Source: Mycolicibacterium smegmatis
GTDB taxonomy: Bacteria > Actinomycetota > Actinomycetes > Mycobacteriales > Mycobacteriaceae
Direction: 5' to 3'
Length of the DNA stretch: 32,000 bases
Assembly: GCF_001457595.1 (NCBI RefSeq)
Contig: NZ_LN831039.1
Coordinates: 6,780,001-6,812,000 of the forward strand
In this document: piece by piece, positions 6,517-14,977 of the stretch
How the letters are laid out: each line of letters starts with the position of its first letter
How positions within the stretch are numbered: position 1 is the first letter of the stretch
Notes under the pieces: model-generated
Told to the model about the DNA's origin: nothing
Database searches by the model: none
The model's input: the letters and a program-made list of their open reading frames with translations, nothing else
Program-made: the position numbers and the translations under genes

Positions 6517-7647
6517 CTAGACGTCGGAGCTCTGCCGCCACAGGTCGATACCGGAATCCTTTGCGTACTGGTCGATCTGGCTGAGCTCCTCGTCGCTGAA
6601 CTCCAGATTGTCCAGCGCGCCGAGGTTTTCGTCGAGCTGCTCGACGCTGGACGCGCCGATCAACGTCGAGCTGACCGCCGGGTCACGCAGCACCCACGCC
6701 AGTGCCAGCTGTGCGAGCGTCTGACCGCGGCGCTTGGCGATCTCGGCCAGGCCGCGGAGTTGTTCGCGCACCTGATCGGTCACCAGGTCGTCGTCGAACG
6801 TCGGGCGCGCGGTGGCGCGATCGATGTCGGAGGCCGGTTTCTGCAGGTAGCGATCCGTCAGCAGGCCCTGCGCGAGTGCGGTGAACGCGATCGCACCCAT
6901 GCCGGCCTTGCGGAGTTCGTCGGTCAGGCCACCCTCGATCCAGCGGTTGAGCAGCGAGTAGGACGGCTGATGGATCACCAGCGGGGTGCCCAGACGTTTG
7001 GCGATCTCGGCCGCCTCGGCGGTCTTGGCGGCGGAGTAGGACGAGACCCCCACATAGCGCGCCTTCCCGGCGCGCACCGCGGTGTCGAGCGCGCCGATGG
7101 TCTCTTCGAGCGGCGTCACCGGATCGATGCGGTGCGAATAGAAGATGTCGACGTGGTCGATGCCCATCCGGTCGAGCGATTCATCAAGGCTTGCAAGCAC
7201 ATACGCGCGGCTGCCCAGTTGACCGTACGGACCCGGCCACATGTCCCAGCCGGCCTTGGTGGAGATGATCAGCTCGTTGCGGTACGGCTTGAAGTCGCGC
7301 CGCAGCATCCGGCCGAAGTTCTCCTCGGCCGAACCGTAGGGCGGTCCGTAGTTGTTGGCGAGATCGAAGTGGGTGATGCCGCGGTCGAACGCGTGCCGCA
7401 GCACGGCGCGTTGCACGTCGAAGGGCCGGTTGTCGCCGAAGTTGTACCAGAGCCCCAGCGATATCGCGGGCAGCAGCAACCCGGAGGTTCCTACGCGCCG
7501 GTAGGGCATGGCGTCGTAGCGGTTTTGGGACGCCACCCACGGGTCGTGCGTGAAGGGAACACCGGAGATCACGAGATCGTCAGCCACATTGGCATCGTAC
7601 GACCTCGTCGGCCCTTTCCGGTCGAGCAAAACCTGCCGCGACCGCAT
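6517..7647 (-). CDS. aldo/keto reductase, YghZ/Gpr (L-glyceraldehyde-3-phosphate reductase)-like
   Basis: Collinear with E. coli YghZ as I remember it (LGLWxNFG, GITHFDLANNYGPPxGSAEENFG, LIISTKAG, DIFYSHR, IHQPSYxLLNRW, LIGASxxEQLxEN). Homology begins near WVASQNRY, so the true start may be internal (GTG 7536 or ATG 7509) rather than 7647. Confidence 0.8.
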   Translation of the reverse strand: MRSRQVLLDRKGPTRSYDANVADDLVISGVPFTHDPWVASQNRYDAMPYRRVGTSGLLLPAISLGLWYNFGDNRPFDVQRAVLRHAFDRGITHFDLANNYGPPYGSAEENFGRMLRRDFKPYRNELIISTKAGWDMWPGPYGQLGSRAYVLASLDESLDRMGIDHVDIFYSHRIDPVTPLEETIGALDTAVRAGKARYVGVSSYSAAKTAEAAEIAKRLGTPLVIHQPSYSLLNRWIEGGLTDELRKAGMGAIAFTALAQGLLTDRYLQKPASDIDRATARPTFDDDLVTDQVREQLRGLAEIAKRRGQTLAQLALAWVLRDPAVSSTLIGASSVEQLDENLGALDNLEFSDEELSQIDQYAKDSGIDLWRQSSDV

Positions 7648-7745
7648 GCGTCATCGCCCGATCGGTATGCCAGCAGGTGGAATAAAAACCACAATGTGAC
7701 GGTCTGTGTAGGCACCAGGTTCGCCGCCCCGATTGGAGAGCGCAA

Positions 7746-8663
7746 ATGCCGCGCACCGTGCAGTTTGCCGAATACGGCGACACCGACGTACTGACCGTCG
7801 TGGACACCCCGGCACCCGAACCCGGCCCGGGCCAGGTGAGGCTCAAGGTGCGGGCGGCCGGGCTCAATCCGATCGACTGGAAGATCGTCGCCGGCTTCAT
7901 GCGCGAGCTGATGCCCGTCGATTTGCCCGCTGGCGTCGGATCCGACGTCGCCGGGATCGTCGACGCCGTCGGACCGGGAGTCACCGAGTGGGCCGTGGGC
8001 AACGAGGTCCTGGGTCGCTCGGCCACCGGCGCGTACGCCGAGTACGCCCTCGCCGAGGCTGCCGAGCTCATCGGCAAACCCGGCGAAATCACTTGGGACG
8101 TCGCGGGTTCGCTCGCGGGCGCGGGCGGCACGGCCCACGCCGTGCTGGACAGGCTCGATCTGAAGAGCGGTGAGACGCTGCTCGTCCACGCCGCAGCGGG
8201 CGGTGTCGGCACGTTCGCCGTGCAGTTGGCCGGTGCCCGGGGCGTCAGCGTCATCGGCACCGCGGGCGAGGGCAACCACGACTACCTGCGGTCGATCGGT
8301 GCGACACCGGTGACCTACGGCGACGGACTGCTCGAACGGGTACGCGCTGCGGCTCCGCAGGGCGTCGACGCCGTCCTCGACGCGTCCGGGCGTGGCGAGA
8401 TCCCGCTGTCGATCGAACTGACCGGCGACCCCCAGCGGGTTCTCACCCTGGTCGCGTTCGATCAGGCCGGAACCGGGATCCAGGTCCACGCCGGCGGCGC
8501 GGGAGACTCGCTCAGCAAGGCACTGTCCGACGTCGTCGCGCTCATCACCGATGGGCGCCTGACCGTTCCGATCAGCGCCACCTACCCGCTCGACGAAGCC
8601 GCGGCCGCACTCGACGCCAGCCGCACCGGTCATGCCACCGGCAAGATTGTGGTCGTACCCTGA
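7746..8663 (+). CDS. NADPH:quinone oxidoreductase / zinc-type medium-chain dehydrogenase family
   Basis: LKVRAAGLNPIDWK and the HAAAGGVGTFAVQLA Rossmann motif. GGAGAG RBS 6-7 nt upstream of the ATG at 7746. Confidence 0.8.
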   Translation: MPRTVQFAEYGDTDVLTVVDTPAPEPGPGQVRLKVRAAGLNPIDWKIVAGFMRELMPVDLPAGVGSDVAGIVDAVGPGVTEWAVGNEVLGRSATGAYAEYALAEAAELIGKPGEITWDVAGSLAGAGGTAHAVLDRLDLKSGETLLVHAAAGGVGTFAVQLAGARGVSVIGTAGEGNHDYLRSIGATPVTYGDGLLERVRAAAPQGVDAVLDASGRGEIPLSIELTGDPQRVLTLVAFDQAGTGIQVHAGGAGDSLSKALSDVVALITDGRLTVPISATYPLDEAAAALDASRTGHATGKIVVVP

Positions 8664-10364
8664 CTACACGGCCGTGACGCGCCCACCGTCGACCAGCCAC
8701 CGGCGGTCCAGGCGGACGTTCTGCAGCATGCGACGGTCGTGCGTCACCAGGAGCAGTGCCCCGTCGTAGGTCTCGAGAGCCTGCTCAAGCTGTTCGATGG
8801 CCGGAAGGTCGAGATGGTTGGTCGGCTCGTCGAGAACCAGCACGTTGGTGCCGCGGGCCTGTAGCAGCGCCAACCCGGCACGGGTCCGCTCGCCCGGTGA
8901 CAGCCGGCCCACCTCGCGCTCCACGTGGTCGGCGCGCAACCCGAACTTTGCGAGCAGGGTACGCACGTCGGCCGTCGTCCACGTCGGCAGGAACTCTTCG
9001 AATCGGTCGACCAGCCGCGCGGTTCCGGTGAAAAGCGCACGCGCCTGGTCGATTTCACCGATGGCGACGCTCGCGCCCAGACTGGCACGCCCCTCGTCGG
9101 GCTCCTGGCGCCCCAGCAACAGGCGCAGCAACGTCGACTTGCCCGCACCATTGGGCCCCGTGATGCCGATACGCTCACCCGCGTCCACCTGTAACGAGAC
9201 AGGCCCGAGGACGAAATTCCCTTGGCGTACAACGGCATTGTCGAGCGTGGCCACAACCGTGCTCGACCGTGGCGCCGCACCGATGCTGAACTGGAGAACC
9301 CACTCCTTGCGCGGTTCCTCGACCTCTTCGAGGCGAGCTATCCGGCTTTCCATCTGCCGTACCTTCTGCGCCTGTTTCTCACTCGACTCGGTGGCCGCAC
9401 GCCGCCGGATCTTGTCGTTGTCGGGTGCCTTGCGGATGGCGTTGCGCACACCCTGGCTCGACCACTCCCGCTGGACCCGCGCCCGTGCGACCAGATCGGC
9501 CTTCTTCTCGGCGAACTCGTCGTACTGCTCACGCTTGTGACGGCGGTTGACCTCACGCTCTTCCAGGTAGCTGTCGTACCCGCCGCCGTAGAGGGTGTTG
9601 GTGTTCTGTGCGAGGTCGAGTTCGAGCACGCCGGTGACACTGCGCGCCAAGAACTCCCGATCGTGACTCACCAGCACCACGCCTCCGCGCAGGTCGCGGA
9701 CGAAGGCCTCCAACCGATCGAGACCGTCGAGGTCCAGATCGTTGGTCGGCTCGTCGAGCAGGACGATGTCGAAGCGCGACACCAGAAGGGCCGCCAGGCC
9801 CACGCGAGCGGCCTGCCCACCCGACAGCGCAGTCATGAGCGTCGAGTCCGGCCGCACCATCTCGGTGTCGAGTCCCAGGTCGGCGAGCACCGCGGGCAGT
9901 CGTTCGTCGAGATCGGCCGCTCCCGTGGCGAGCCAGTGATCCAGTGCGGCCGAGTACGCCTCTGCCGGATCGACGGCCGGGTCGGCGTTCGAGGTTCTAT
10001 CGGCCAAGGCTGCGGCGGCGGCCTCCATGGCACGCGTCGCGTCGGCACAACCGGCACGGCGAGCGACGTAGGCCGCGACCGTCTCCCCCGGCACCCGCTC
10101 GTGCTCCTGCGGCAGCCACCCGACGAAGGCGTCGGCCGGTGCGACGCTCACCGCACCTTCGAGCGGGTCGAGGTCGCCGGCGAGGATGCGCAGCAGCGTG
10201 CTCTTGCCTGCACCATTGGCACCGACCACGCCGATGACGTCGCCCGGCGCCACAGTCAGGTCAAGCCCCTCGAACAGGGTGCGATGGGCGAATCCGCCGG
10301 CCACATTCTTCGCGACAAGCGTTGCCGTCATGGTCCCCATGGTCTCATCGCCCGCGCATGACAC
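8664..10364 (-). CDS. ABC-F family ATPase (two ABC domains, no transmembrane domain); translation factor / possible ribosome-protection type
   Basis: Two Walker A motifs (GANGAGKST, GPNGAGKST), two signature motifs (LSGGQAARV, LSPGERTRA), a ~80-aa basic interdomain linker and no transmembrane segments. The start is ambiguous (GTG 10364, ATG 10340 or ATG 10331). Confidence 0.85.
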   Translation of the reverse strand: MSCAGDETMGTMTATLVAKNVAGGFAHRTLFEGLDLTVAPGDVIGVVGANGAGKSTLLRILAGDLDPLEGAVSVAPADAFVGWLPQEHERVPGETVAAYVARRAGCADATRAMEAAAAALADRTSNADPAVDPAEAYSAALDHWLATGAADLDERLPAVLADLGLDTEMVRPDSTLMTALSGGQAARVGLAALLVSRFDIVLLDEPTNDLDLDGLDRLEAFVRDLRGGVVLVSHDREFLARSVTGVLELDLAQNTNTLYGGGYDSYLEEREVNRRHKREQYDEFAEKKADLVARARVQREWSSQGVRNAIRKAPDNDKIRRRAATESSEKQAQKVRQMESRIARLEEVEEPRKEWVLQFSIGAAPRSSTVVATLDNAVVRQGNFVLGPVSLQVDAGERIGITGPNGAGKSTLLRLLLGRQEPDEGRASLGASVAIGEIDQARALFTGTARLVDRFEEFLPTWTTADVRTLLAKFGLRADHVEREVGRLSPGERTRAGLALLQARGTNVLVLDEPTNHLDLPAIEQLEQALETYDGALLLVTHDRRMLQNVRLDRRWLVDGGRVTAV

Positions 10365-10373
10365 GGCAAACTG

Positions 10374-10586
10374 TCAGCGCACGTCGCCGACCGTGGTACC
10401 ACAGATCCCGCACACCTCGAGCTGACGACGGTTCCACCTCGCGACCGGCACGAAGAACAACGAGAACTGTTTGAACTCCTCCATGCGCGTCCACTGGGTG
10501 GTGTTGTGGCAGCGCGGGCACGTCCGGATCTCTCCTGCCCCGAGGAACTTCTGCTTGGTGCCGTAGCCGAAGAGAAAGAAGAACAC
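10374..10586 (-). CDS. small zinc-ribbon protein (70 aa)
   Basis: Two CxxC pairs (CPRCHN ... CGICG), a hydrophobic Phe-rich N-terminus and high GC3. GTG start. 9-33 nt upstream of the ABC-F gene on the same strand. Confidence 0.65.
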   Translation of the reverse strand: MFFFLFGYGTKQKFLGAGEIRTCPRCHNTTQWTRMEEFKQFSLFFVPVARWNRRQLEVCGICGTTVGDVR

Positions 10587-10616
10587 GAGACCACCGTACG
10601 GCGGGCGCCAGGGCGC

Positions 10617-11372
10617 TCAGCCCGGCACGTTGGCCTTCAACGTCGCCAGCGCTGCGGCGCTCACGCGCGCAAGCTCGTCGATCTCGGCGGGATCCAGTGC
10701 GGCCGAGAGCAATTCGGACATACGGCGATTGGTCTCCTGCCGGATCTCGTCGTAACGGTCCAGCTTGTCCGCGCCGTCGGCATAGGGTTCGGGCCAGCCG
10801 AACACCGCGGTGTACTGCGGGCCCTTGTTGAGCATGTGCGCCTCGACCGGGGTGACACCCGAGAGGGCCAGCAGGTTGAAGTGCACACCGCCGCGCAGTT
10901 CCCGCAGCACGAACATCACCTGCAGGGCCCGGGCGGGCGCGTCCCCGGCGAGCGGCATCGTCCGCCACCCGGCGAACAGCGGCAACGCAACCGTCGGGGT
11001 GACCGCGACGACCTTCTCGCCCAGTGCGGCCAGGCGGTCCAGGCCCTCGGCGCCGGCCAGGTACTTGCGGCCGAAGGCGGCGGCCTGCTCCCAGTACACC
11101 TGCGCGGCGCCCGCGGCGCCGCGCACCGCGACGCCTTCGTCCCACAAAGCCGACAGCCCGGCCGGCTCGAACACCGCGAACACCGCGGCGACCGTCGCAC
11201 CGGTGGTGTCGCCCAGCACACCGCCCCGGCCCGCCACGTAGCCGGCCAGCGGGTTCTGGTAGCCCGCCGCGACGCTCTCGGCGAACGTCTCGGGGTGCAG
11301 CATGAACACGGCCACAGCCTCCTCGATGGCGGATCCGGCGGCGTCGGTGGCGTCGAGGACAGTGGTGCTCAT
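10617..11372 (-). CDS. conserved hypothetical protein (251 aa), actinobacterial family of unknown function
   Basis: High GC3 throughout. ATG at 11372 is preceded by AGGAG with a 9-nt spacer. The longer ORF start at 11426 has no RBS. I do not recognise a confident domain. Confidence 0.6.
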   Translation of the reverse strand: MSTTVLDATDAAGSAIEEAVAVFMLHPETFAESVAAGYQNPLAGYVAGRGGVLGDTTGATVAAVFAVFEPAGLSALWDEGVAVRGAAGAAQVYWEQAAAFGRKYLAGAEGLDRLAALGEKVVAVTPTVALPLFAGWRTMPLAGDAPARALQVMFVLRELRGGVHFNLLALSGVTPVEAHMLNKGPQYTAVFGWPEPYADGADKLDRYDEIRQETNRRMSELLSAALDPAEIDELARVSAAALATLKANVPG

Positions 11373-11452
11373 GTATCGCTGCTCCTGGTGTCGGCAATCG
11401 TCGGTGATCGTCGGGGCGTGTCGCACGAAGGTTAGCCGCCACCCCTTTTCTT

Positions 11453-11517
11453 CCGCCGAAACGACATTCCGTCAGGCCTCTACTCGCACTTTTCCTGACG
11501 GAATGCGGTTTCGGCGG
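11453..11517. repeat. Imperfect 24-bp inverted repeat (22/24) with a 17-nt spacer, giving a large hairpin on either strand
   Basis: CCGCCGAAACGACATTCCGTCAGG (11453-11476) pairs with CCTGACGGAATGCGGTTTCGGCGG (11494-11517). It lies in the divergent intergenic region between the 10617..11372 operon and the 11542 ORF. No U-tract follows on either strand. Confidence 0.85.
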
Positions 11518-11541
11518 GAGGGGGTGGGTACACGGCGGAGC

Positions 11542-11757
11542 ATGGAGGACAACTGGGAGGTCGTGATCGCCGATCCCGACAGCCAGGGCGAACCGCGCGA
11601 CGAGGAGGTCCTGATGCGCGGCGCAGAGGACGAGGCGCGACGGGTGTACATCGACAGGACCGCCGAGGCCGCCGACCGCGGGCATGCCTACGTCAAGCTG
11701 CGCCGCGACGGCACCGATGTCGAGACGTGGCCGCAGCTGACGGGTTGGACGGTGTGA
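11542..11757 (+). CDS. small acidic hypothetical protein (71 aa)
   Basis: High GC3 (MEDNWEVVIADPDSQGEPRDEE...). In-frame alternative starts are ATG 11503, inside the hairpin arm, and GTG 11524. Confidence 0.5.
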   Translation: MEDNWEVVIADPDSQGEPRDEEVLMRGAEDEARRVYIDRTAEAADRGHAYVKLRRDGTDVETWPQLTGWTV

Positions 11758-11760
11758 CCG

Positions 11761-12750
11761 TCAGCGTCCGGCGTTGCGTGCGAGGTCGATCGCGTACTGG
11801 CTGACGAACGTGCCCGCCGAGGGATGCCCGTTGCAGGCACCGTCGGATTCGCCGGGCCGCTTCACCCACAGGTAGGCATCGGCGTGGGCGCCCGCGGTCG
11901 CGGTGGTCGGAGGCGACCCCAGCGCACGTCCGGGCGGGTTGCACCACGAGTCGCTGTCGACGGGTCCGACGCCGTTGCGCGACGTGTCGATGACGTAGTG
12001 CGAACCGTTGGTGAGCCCGGAGATGGCCTCGCCGTAGCCGATCTCTTCCTCGGTGGTGAAGAAGTTGGCGGTGTTGAGGCTGAATCCGCGCGCCTTGGTG
12101 ACGCCGACCTCGTTGAGCCGGGCGGCCATGTCCTCGGCGTTGACCCAGCGCGAGTGCCCGGCGTCGACGTACACCGCGGTGGCGGGGTTGCGGGTCAGCG
12201 TGTCGACCGCGTAGCGGATCAGGTCGAAACGTTCCTGGCGCTGGTCGGGCGACAGGCAGTCGGCCATCGCGAGCGCGTCGGGTTCGAGGATCACCGCGGC
12301 CGGACCCGAGCCGATCGCACCGGCGACGCCGTCGATCCATCCCCGGTAGGCCGCCGCCGAGCCGAAGCCGCCCGCCGCGAGGCTGCCGCAGTCACGGTTC
12401 GGGATGCCGTACAACGCCAGGATCGGCATGGTGCCCGCGGCCTGCGCCGTCTGGATGTACTTGGCGTCGACCGCGAACGTCGACACGTTGTCCATCCAGT
12501 ACGCGTGCGGCGTGTTCGCGATCATCTCCAGCTCGGGGCTGGGATTGCCCTTCAGCGCGCGCATCGCCTTGGAGTTCGGGTCGACATAGAACGTCTGCCC
12601 GGCGAGCGGGTTCCCGTCGCTGGCGAGGCGTACCTCGATCGCGGCACCCGGGCGCACCGGTTCGGCGAGCGCGCCGGCGCCGGCCAGGGCCGTCACGGCC
12701 AAGAAGGGAGCGATCCATCGCGTGGCTGTACGTGCAGCTGAGGACTTCAC
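11761..12750 (-). CDS. secreted glycoside hydrolase family 6 (endoglucanase/cellulase, CelA1-like) catalytic domain
   Basis: N-terminal signal-like segment (KSSAARTATRWIAPFLAVTALAGAGALA) plus GH6 hallmarks (YGIPNRDCG, ILEPDALA, VDAGHSRW, WVKRPGESDG). The start is GTG at 12750. The 609-aa ORF 11761..13590 is a read-through antisense to the SDR gene. No CBM2 module is visible. Confidence 0.85.
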   Translation of the reverse strand: MKSSAARTATRWIAPFLAVTALAGAGALAEPVRPGAAIEVRLASDGNPLAGQTFYVDPNSKAMRALKGNPSPELEMIANTPHAYWMDNVSTFAVDAKYIQTAQAAGTMPILALYGIPNRDCGSLAAGGFGSAAAYRGWIDGVAGAIGSGPAAVILEPDALAMADCLSPDQRQERFDLIRYAVDTLTRNPATAVYVDAGHSRWVNAEDMAARLNEVGVTKARGFSLNTANFFTTEEEIGYGEAISGLTNGSHYVIDTSRNGVGPVDSDSWCNPPGRALGSPPTTATAGAHADAYLWVKRPGESDGACNGHPSAGTFVSQYAIDLARNAGR

Positions 12751-12831
12751 CCGACGAAACCTAGCGTCGGGCGTGCGGGTGTGCCAAACGAGGCCGGGAA
12801 GGAAATCCGGGCCTGCGCGATTGAACCTCGC

Positions 12832-13554
12832 ATGGAACTTGAAGGACTGACCGCGTTGGTGACCGGCGGCACGAGTGGCATCGGCCTGGAATCGGCGCGT
12901 CTGATGGCCGCCGAGGGCGCCGACGTGGTGATCACGGGACGCGACGCGCAGCGCGGTGAGCAGGCCGCCGCCGACATCGGGCACGGCGCGCGGTTCGTGC
13001 AGGCCGACCTCGGCGACTTGGATTCGGTGGCCGACCTCGCCGCGCAGGCCCCCGACGTGGACATCCTGGTCAACAACGCGGGGATCTATCCGCAGGCGTC
13101 GACGTTCGACCAGGATGTGGCCGGGTTCCAGCAGTTGTTCGACACGAACGTGCGTGGCACCTACTTCCTGGTCGCCGCGGCCGCCAAGGGCATGGTGGCG
13201 CGCGGCCACGGCAGCATCGTCAACATCACCACGCTGGCCGCCCACAAGGGGTTCCCCGGCACGTCGGTCTACGGCGCCACCAAGGCGGCGCTGGAATCGC
13301 TGACCCGGACGTGGGCCGCCGAGTTCGGGGCCAACGGCGTTCGCGTCAACAGTGTTTCGCCGGGGCCGACGCGGACACCCACGACGCTGGAGCAGCTCGG
13401 TGACTTCATCGACGACGTCGCAGCCGGGCTGCCGTTGCGGCGCACCGCCGCACCCGAGGAGATTGCGCAGGCCGTGCTGTTCCTCGCCTCGCCGCGCGCG
13501 AGCTTCGTGACGGGTTCGACGCTGTATGTCGACGGCGGCGGATACGCGGTGTGA
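12832..13554 (+). CDS. SDR-family oxidoreductase
   Basis: TGGTSGIG, NNAG and S...YGATK catalytic motifs. The ATG at 12832 places the Rossmann motif at the usual distance from the N-terminus. Confidence 0.85.
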   Translation: MELEGLTALVTGGTSGIGLESARLMAAEGADVVITGRDAQRGEQAAADIGHGARFVQADLGDLDSVADLAAQAPDVDILVNNAGIYPQASTFDQDVAGFQQLFDTNVRGTYFLVAAAAKGMVARGHGSIVNITTLAAHKGFPGTSVYGATKAALESLTRTWAAEFGANGVRVNSVSPGPTRTPTTLEQLGDFIDDVAAGLPLRRTAAPEEIAQAVLFLASPRASFVTGSTLYVDGGGYAV

Positions 13555-13762
13555 TCGCGCCTTTTCACAGTTTGCCCTCTGATGTTTCAACCTGCCGATC
13601 CCCCAGGGAACACCACTCGACGATCAGATCGGGGAATTTGCTGTGATCTGTCGGACAAAAACCGGCGCGTGACGGCTGGGTCAAATTTCGCCGTGCGGTG
13701 ACACCAACGCCCGGTTCGCACGGGAAAGTGTTGGCGGACATCCGGATTGGGTAACGACGGTG

Positions 13763-13808
13763 CCGTCGGCCGGTGTTGCGGTATACGGAACATCCCGCCG
13801 GCCGACGG
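13763..13808. repeat. GC-rich hairpin: perfect 11-bp stem (CCGTCGGCCGG / CCGGCCGACGG) with a 24-nt loop
   Basis: Read directly: 13763-13773 pairs with 13798-13808. It sits in the 342-bp non-coding gap upstream of the dehydratase gene. No U-tract follows. Confidence 0.8.
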
Positions 13809-13896
13809 ATTGTGCATTTCGGCGGTTCACGGCTCGCACGCTAGGGTGCTTGGGTCGCTCTGAGCGCACACGCCGATAGAAAAGTTGAGCAGATCC

Positions 13897-14925
13897 ATGA
13901 CCGCACCAGCAGATACGTCGACGCTCGAATCGCGGGTCGGCCACTACTACCAGATGGAAGACACCTATCTGGTGGGCCGCGAGAAGGTACGCGAGTTCGC
14001 CCGTGCCGTGCAGGACTACCATCCTGCGCACTGGAACCTCGCCACCGCCGCTGACCTGGGGCATCCCGGCCTGATCGCGCCGCTGACGTTCACCTCTGCG
14101 CCGGCCATGGCATGCAATCAGCGCATGTTCGAATCGGTCGTCGTCGGCTACGACATGTACCTGCAGACCGAAGAGGTCTTCGAGCAGCACCGCCCGATCG
14201 TCGAGGGCGACGAACTGCGCATCGACATCGAGCTGACCTCGGTGCGCCGGATCGCCGGCCGTGACCTCATCACCGTGACCAACACATTCACCGACACCGC
14301 GGGCGAAGTGGTGCACACGCTGCACACCACGGTCGTCGGCATCACGGCCGAGGACGTCGATCCCGCGATCCGCCCGGCCGTGCAGGGCGTCATGATGCAC
14401 GGCATCAACATGCTCGGTGTGGAGGAGACCAACGCCCCCTACGAGAAGACCGTGCGTCCTGAGGGCGAACTCCGCATCGCCCAGGGCGGCGCGACCCGCA
14501 CGCCGAACTCGCTGAACTTCGACGACCTCAAGGTCGGCGACGAACTGCCGGTGCACACCGCGCGCCTGTCGCGTGGCGACCTGGTGAACTACGCAGGCGT
14601 TGCCGGCGACGCCAACCCGCTGCACTGGGACGAGAACATCGCCAAGCTCGCGGGGCAGCCCGACGTGATCGCGCACGGCATGCTCACCATGGGCCTGGGC
14701 GCCGGGTTCGTCTCGTCGTGGTCCGGGGACCCGGGCGCGATCACCCGTTACGCGGTGCGGCTGTCGCAGCCCGCCGTGGTGCCCGCCGAGGGCACCGAGA
14801 TCGAGTACAGCGGGCGCATCAAGTCGCTGGATCCCCAAACCCGTACCGGTGTGGTGATCGTCGCCGCGAAGTCCGGGGGCCGCAAGATCTTCGGGTTGGC
14901 GACCGCCAACATCCGCTTCAGCTGA
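13897..14925 (+). CDS. fused HadA-like/HadB-like (3R)-hydroxyacyl-ACP/CoA dehydratase (double hotdog, MaoC type)
   Basis: The N-terminal half (VGHYYQMEDTYLVGREKVREFARAVQDYHPAHW) resembles the HadA/HadC/UPF0336 family. The C-terminal half carries the MaoC hydratase motif (YAGVAGDANPLHWDENIAKLAGQPDVIAHGMLTMG). ATG at 13897; TTG at 13885 is an alternative. Confidence 0.8.
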   Translation: MTAPADTSTLESRVGHYYQMEDTYLVGREKVREFARAVQDYHPAHWNLATAADLGHPGLIAPLTFTSAPAMACNQRMFESVVVGYDMYLQTEEVFEQHRPIVEGDELRIDIELTSVRRIAGRDLITVTNTFTDTAGEVVHTLHTTVVGITAEDVDPAIRPAVQGVMMHGINMLGVEETNAPYEKTVRPEGELRIAQGGATRTPNSLNFDDLKVGDELPVHTARLSRGDLVNYAGVAGDANPLHWDENIAKLAGQPDVIAHGMLTMGLGAGFVSSWSGDPGAITRYAVRLSQPAVVPAEGTEIEYSGRIKSLDPQTRTGVVIVAAKSGGRKIFGLATANIRFS

Positions 14926-14977
14926 CCAACCGGCCGCAACGCGGAAGAGATCCGGTGCTCGGCGCGTTGCATCGCGC

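Noticed and set aside
7648-7745. Small palindromes (CCGATCGG, CACAATGTG at 7690-7698, GTGG-N8-CCAC) in the AKR/qor divergent region as an operator.
   Set aside because: They are short (8-9 bp) and expected by chance. No adjacent regulator gene exists, and the TGTGA...GTGTA element is a direct rather than inverted repeat and does not fit CRP.
11453-11517. The large hairpins (11453-11517, 13763-13808, 14936-14970, 1925-1958) as canonical intrinsic terminators.
   Set aside because: None is followed by a U/T tract on either strand, and most lie in promoter-proximal positions. U-tract-less terminators cannot be excluded from sequence alone.
11761-13590. 609-aa ORF that looks like a very large fusion protein.
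   Set aside because: Only the C-terminal 329 aa (GH6, from GTG 12750) show homology and coding bias. The N-terminal part is antisense to the well-supported SDR gene (12832..13554).
13582-13817. Small ORFs in the 342-bp gap (38 codons on the + strand from 13582; 76 aa on the minus strand at 13587..13817).
   Set aside because: GC3 is near 50 percent for the + strand ORF, against very high GC3 in neighbouring genes. The minus-strand product is Arg-rich and low-complexity. No RBS or homology was seen.
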